A stretch of DNA of 64,000 nt from the human T2T-CHM13v2.0 reference genome, Homo sapiens. The translations under genes and the position numbers were made by a program. This document shows positions 60,544 to 64,000 of the stretch, in pieces (the stretch's first letter is position 1; every line of letters starts with the position of its first letter). Under the pieces are notes generated by a model. That model saw only the letters and a list, made by a program, of their open reading frames with translations. It did not search any database and was not told the DNA's origin. The stretch lies in assembly GCF_009914755.1 (NCBI RefSeq), contig NC_060935.1; one strand, 5' to 3'.

Positions 60544-61426
60544 TCAACAAAGAATTCTGTTCCTGGATGAAAGTTAGGTACACAGTTCCTACTATATGTA
60601 CTGTTGTTGAACTGTCAGCATTTCTGTCTGAGCCCCAATTTAAAACGGGCTACAGAACATTTATTTGGTGTAATATTTTCTTGTTATGTCCTAAGGCAAC
60701 TTTGTCAACAGAGGGTCTCTAGATGTCAAGAATCATCAAAGGCCAGGTCATTTGAGCTGGCCCTTTACTAGGGGTGTGTGTGGGGTACTGAGCCTAACTT
60801 TCAGGATCTCTGGTAAATGAGACACTCACTAAATGACTTCCAGCCAAAGGCAGCCAGAAATGTTAGTCACGGGAAAAATTAGGCAGGTGTGGAAGAAAGG
60901 GCATGGGATGAAGTGAGGAAGCCTTGCAAAACGATGCTAAAGCTAGCTCCACTTTCTCATCTACAAAACAGATAGGTGTAAAAATTTTAATTTTGCAGAA
61001 AAATTCAAGTAAATGAATTGGAATTTAAGAAAACAACAAAACAGCTTTCCCTTTGTCCATAAAGGTGTTCAAACCCTAGTTATAAATCTATTTGCTCAAG
61101 AGGACTGACTTTCTAGATTGAATATGCCCTGTGTTAGTTTTTCTATCTGTATAGAAGTTAACTCCCCAAAAAAGAATTACATTAAATTTGGGGGTTTGAT
61201 GTTGTTACATGCAAGTTCTGCCCCTTTAAACCTTTGGTATGTTTGTAGATTTTAACTTTCTCAGTTTAGTTCTTAGAACCAAAATTCCTGTTCAAAAGAG
61301 AAAAAGCCCAAACTTTTTTTTTGCTCTATCAGTTGAGATACACATCTTTGGTCATTACTTTTAGTATCATTCTCTGAAAGGAATCTTTCTGGTACGTAAT
61401 TTATATGCAAGTATGCAAAGCCAACT

Positions 61427-61795
<369 letters not shown>

Positions 61796-62469
61796 TGACT
61801 TTGAATGATTTGGTAAATTGTTAAAAATGCTCGACACACTGGAATGAAAGAGTGTGCTTCTTAAAATTTACCCTCTTCCTCTCTGAACTTAATTCTAAAA
61901 TGATCCAGGTAGCTTGAGGTCAATAAAATAATTTTATTTGCCTGTTACTGTCATTCTAAAGACCGGTATTGTCAAAATCCACATCAGTGAATCTAAAGTT
62001 AGAAAACTTTTCCTTCCTCAGGATCTCATAGATTCATACCTATGTAATGAGCTGTTTTCCCCTGCTAGGTACCCACTTTTTACTCCTTGGTTGTAAGATA
62101 TCATTGAAATGGCACCAATTGGTCTCTAGTCAATAAAATGTGACTTTATAAAGAATCAGAGCAACTTTGAAAGATGCAACCCACCCATTAGTACCCAGCT
62201 TTACACAAGAACCTGATTCAATAGCTCTAGGATTGGATGATGTCCTCTAACTAGCTGCCTTTATACTCTCCTTCCAAGTTGGGGTATGGTGTTTGTGAGA
62301 TCTTTGCACTTAAGCTCTACTTCACCAAAAATTGACATGTGCTGTCTAATATAACCCTCTCTACTCTGTGCACTCTAAGTAGATAATTATTTAAGTAATG
62401 AATTACTCTGATGCCTTTTCTCACTCACATGACCGCAGGCAACACTGCCGCCCAGCAAACAATAAATAA

Positions 62470-64000
62470 CAACAGCAGGAAGTTTTATTCCATAAAGCAT
62501 AAGATATTTTAATGAGAAAACGAAAACAAAATCAAACCTTAGTCTCATGTTTCTATCTAAAGACACTCAAAACTAGTTTTTCCCTGCCCATCCCTTTCCT
62601 AACTGCAACTTTATGTGTGACCATGTAATAAAGGCCAGTTTAAAGATTTTTTTTTTAAAAAAAGTTTAAACCTTTTTTAAAAAGATTAAACAATCAGGCT
62701 AGCAAAAAGGTACTCAATACATATTTTCCTTATATCAAACAAGCTAATTTCAGTACAATATAACTATACAGAATATATACAATACACATGTTCACAAAGC
62801 AAACACTATAGGCTCAGAACAGATTTGAAAAAACATGATATTCACATTGATTACAATAACCCTAAAAATGATTGTAACGTTGAAACGGCACTTAGTTTAC
62901 AAAAAAGGTCACAAAAATATATATATATATGTAGTCACCAAGAACTATGGTTCCTGTAAAATACTAATAGCCAGATACTAGTATATAAAATGTGAAGTTC
63001 TGATATTGTATACATTTTTTGGAAATAAAATCCAAAACCATTTTTGTTATTGTCAAAAGTCAAACATGCCAAGTTAACTTAGCTATGGCCAGTGTCACCA
63101 AGTAAAGCCATACTTGAATGAGATGACGACTGGATACAAAGCTGGTGAACTGGGGACTGGCACAGTTAAGAGTTGTACTAATTCTAGGAAAGGGGTAGAA
63201 GACATAAAAACACCCATCTATGTAATTTAATTCACATTTTCTCCCCTGCATCACCTTCCCTTGAGAGTTTCACAAAATGCCAGTGCCCAGAAAGAATCAC
63301 AATGCTATAACTGGCAGGGTAAAAAAGTCCCCCCGCCCCGACTTCCTTGCTGCCGGGCTATAGGCAAATATTAAAGCATGCATCAGCTACCCAAAGCCAT
63401 CAGTCACCCATCTGGAAGACCATGGTGTACAGTTTCCGCCTAGGCTGGCTGCACTAGGAAGTACTCCAGTTTTTAAATGGAGCCAGCTTTATGTTAGCCC
63501 TGTAAAATATTGAGCTACTGTAGCAGCAAATATGACATTACAGAAAAACAAAATTTTATTTAAAAAATTGTTACATCAAAATTTTTTTCCTTCAAATCTG
63601 TGTCCTTTAACCAAACAACAGTTTCTTCTATCACTTAATTCTGGTCTTATTACCTCAGTCTGACTTTCTCATTATGCTTCTCTGGAAAGACACTTCTAAA
63701 TCCTGGAGATTAAATTTACTCTTAAAAATGGAAATACAGGAATTTTAAAGTAAAAAGAAAAGGTCTGTTCTAAAAGTTCTTTCACAAATATATATATTTA
63801 AATATTAAAATAGGCTACCTAGGATTTTTATAAAATGGCTTTTGAAAAGATAGTAGAGGCACAAAGAAGCCATATACTATCCTCCAAGTTGGACATAAGG
63901 TGCCACAAGGCTGCCCTACAAAGAGGCAGGCAATCTCTACCTGATGCAACGGGAGGCACCAGTAAACAACAGAAACATTAAATACATTATTGGGAACTTG
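62470..64000 (-). other. ZBTB44: Distal 3' UTR of a convergent minus-strand gene, probably ZBTB44
   Basis: AT-rich, no Alus, with minus-strand ATTAAA (62508-62513) and AATAAA (62484-62489, 63555-63560) and a GT/T-rich element beyond. Gene name is from recalled synteny with ST14 at 11q24.3 only. Confidence 0.7.
62484..62513 (-). terminator. Polyadenylation signals of the minus-strand gene
   Basis: Plus-strand tttatt (62484) and tttaat (62508); minus-strand GCTGTTGTTATTTATTGTTT downstream element at ~62457-62477. Confidence 0.65.

Overview
Human (primate) genomic DNA, Alu-dense (about 40 Alus). The window holds most of the ST14 (matriptase) gene on the + strand. It covers the 3' ~23.8 kb of intron 1, coding exons 2-19 (23783-45630) and the 3' UTR, which ends near a non-canonical AGTAAA signal at ~46150. 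All exons are GT-AG and the phases join into residues 28-855: TM-SEA-CUB1-CUB2-LDLRA1-4-trypsin-like protease. Exon 1 is not in the window. After ~16 kb of repeat-rich intergenic DNA, the last ~1.5 kb is an AT-rich minus-strand 3' UTR, most likely ZBTB44 (identified from recalled synteny, not coding sequence). Intron 1 carries a degraded ERV with three related LTR copies and a gag-like remnant. I found no new protein-coding gene or prokaryote-type system. The most unusual signals are: (i) three apparent locally templated insertions, one chimeric from two donors, plus a triple-arm palindrome and an inverted Alu pair sharing private variants; (ii) a perfect 7.2 x 46-bp VNTR with FOX/GATA motifs, abutting an Alu TSD just upstream of exon 8; (iii) a Py-AG|GTAAGT motif on the predicted ST14 cleavage site; (iv) a weak last-intron donor duplicated 27 nt downstream, next to the catalytic serine exon. 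Repeat subfamily names and repeat boundaries are by eye and approximate.
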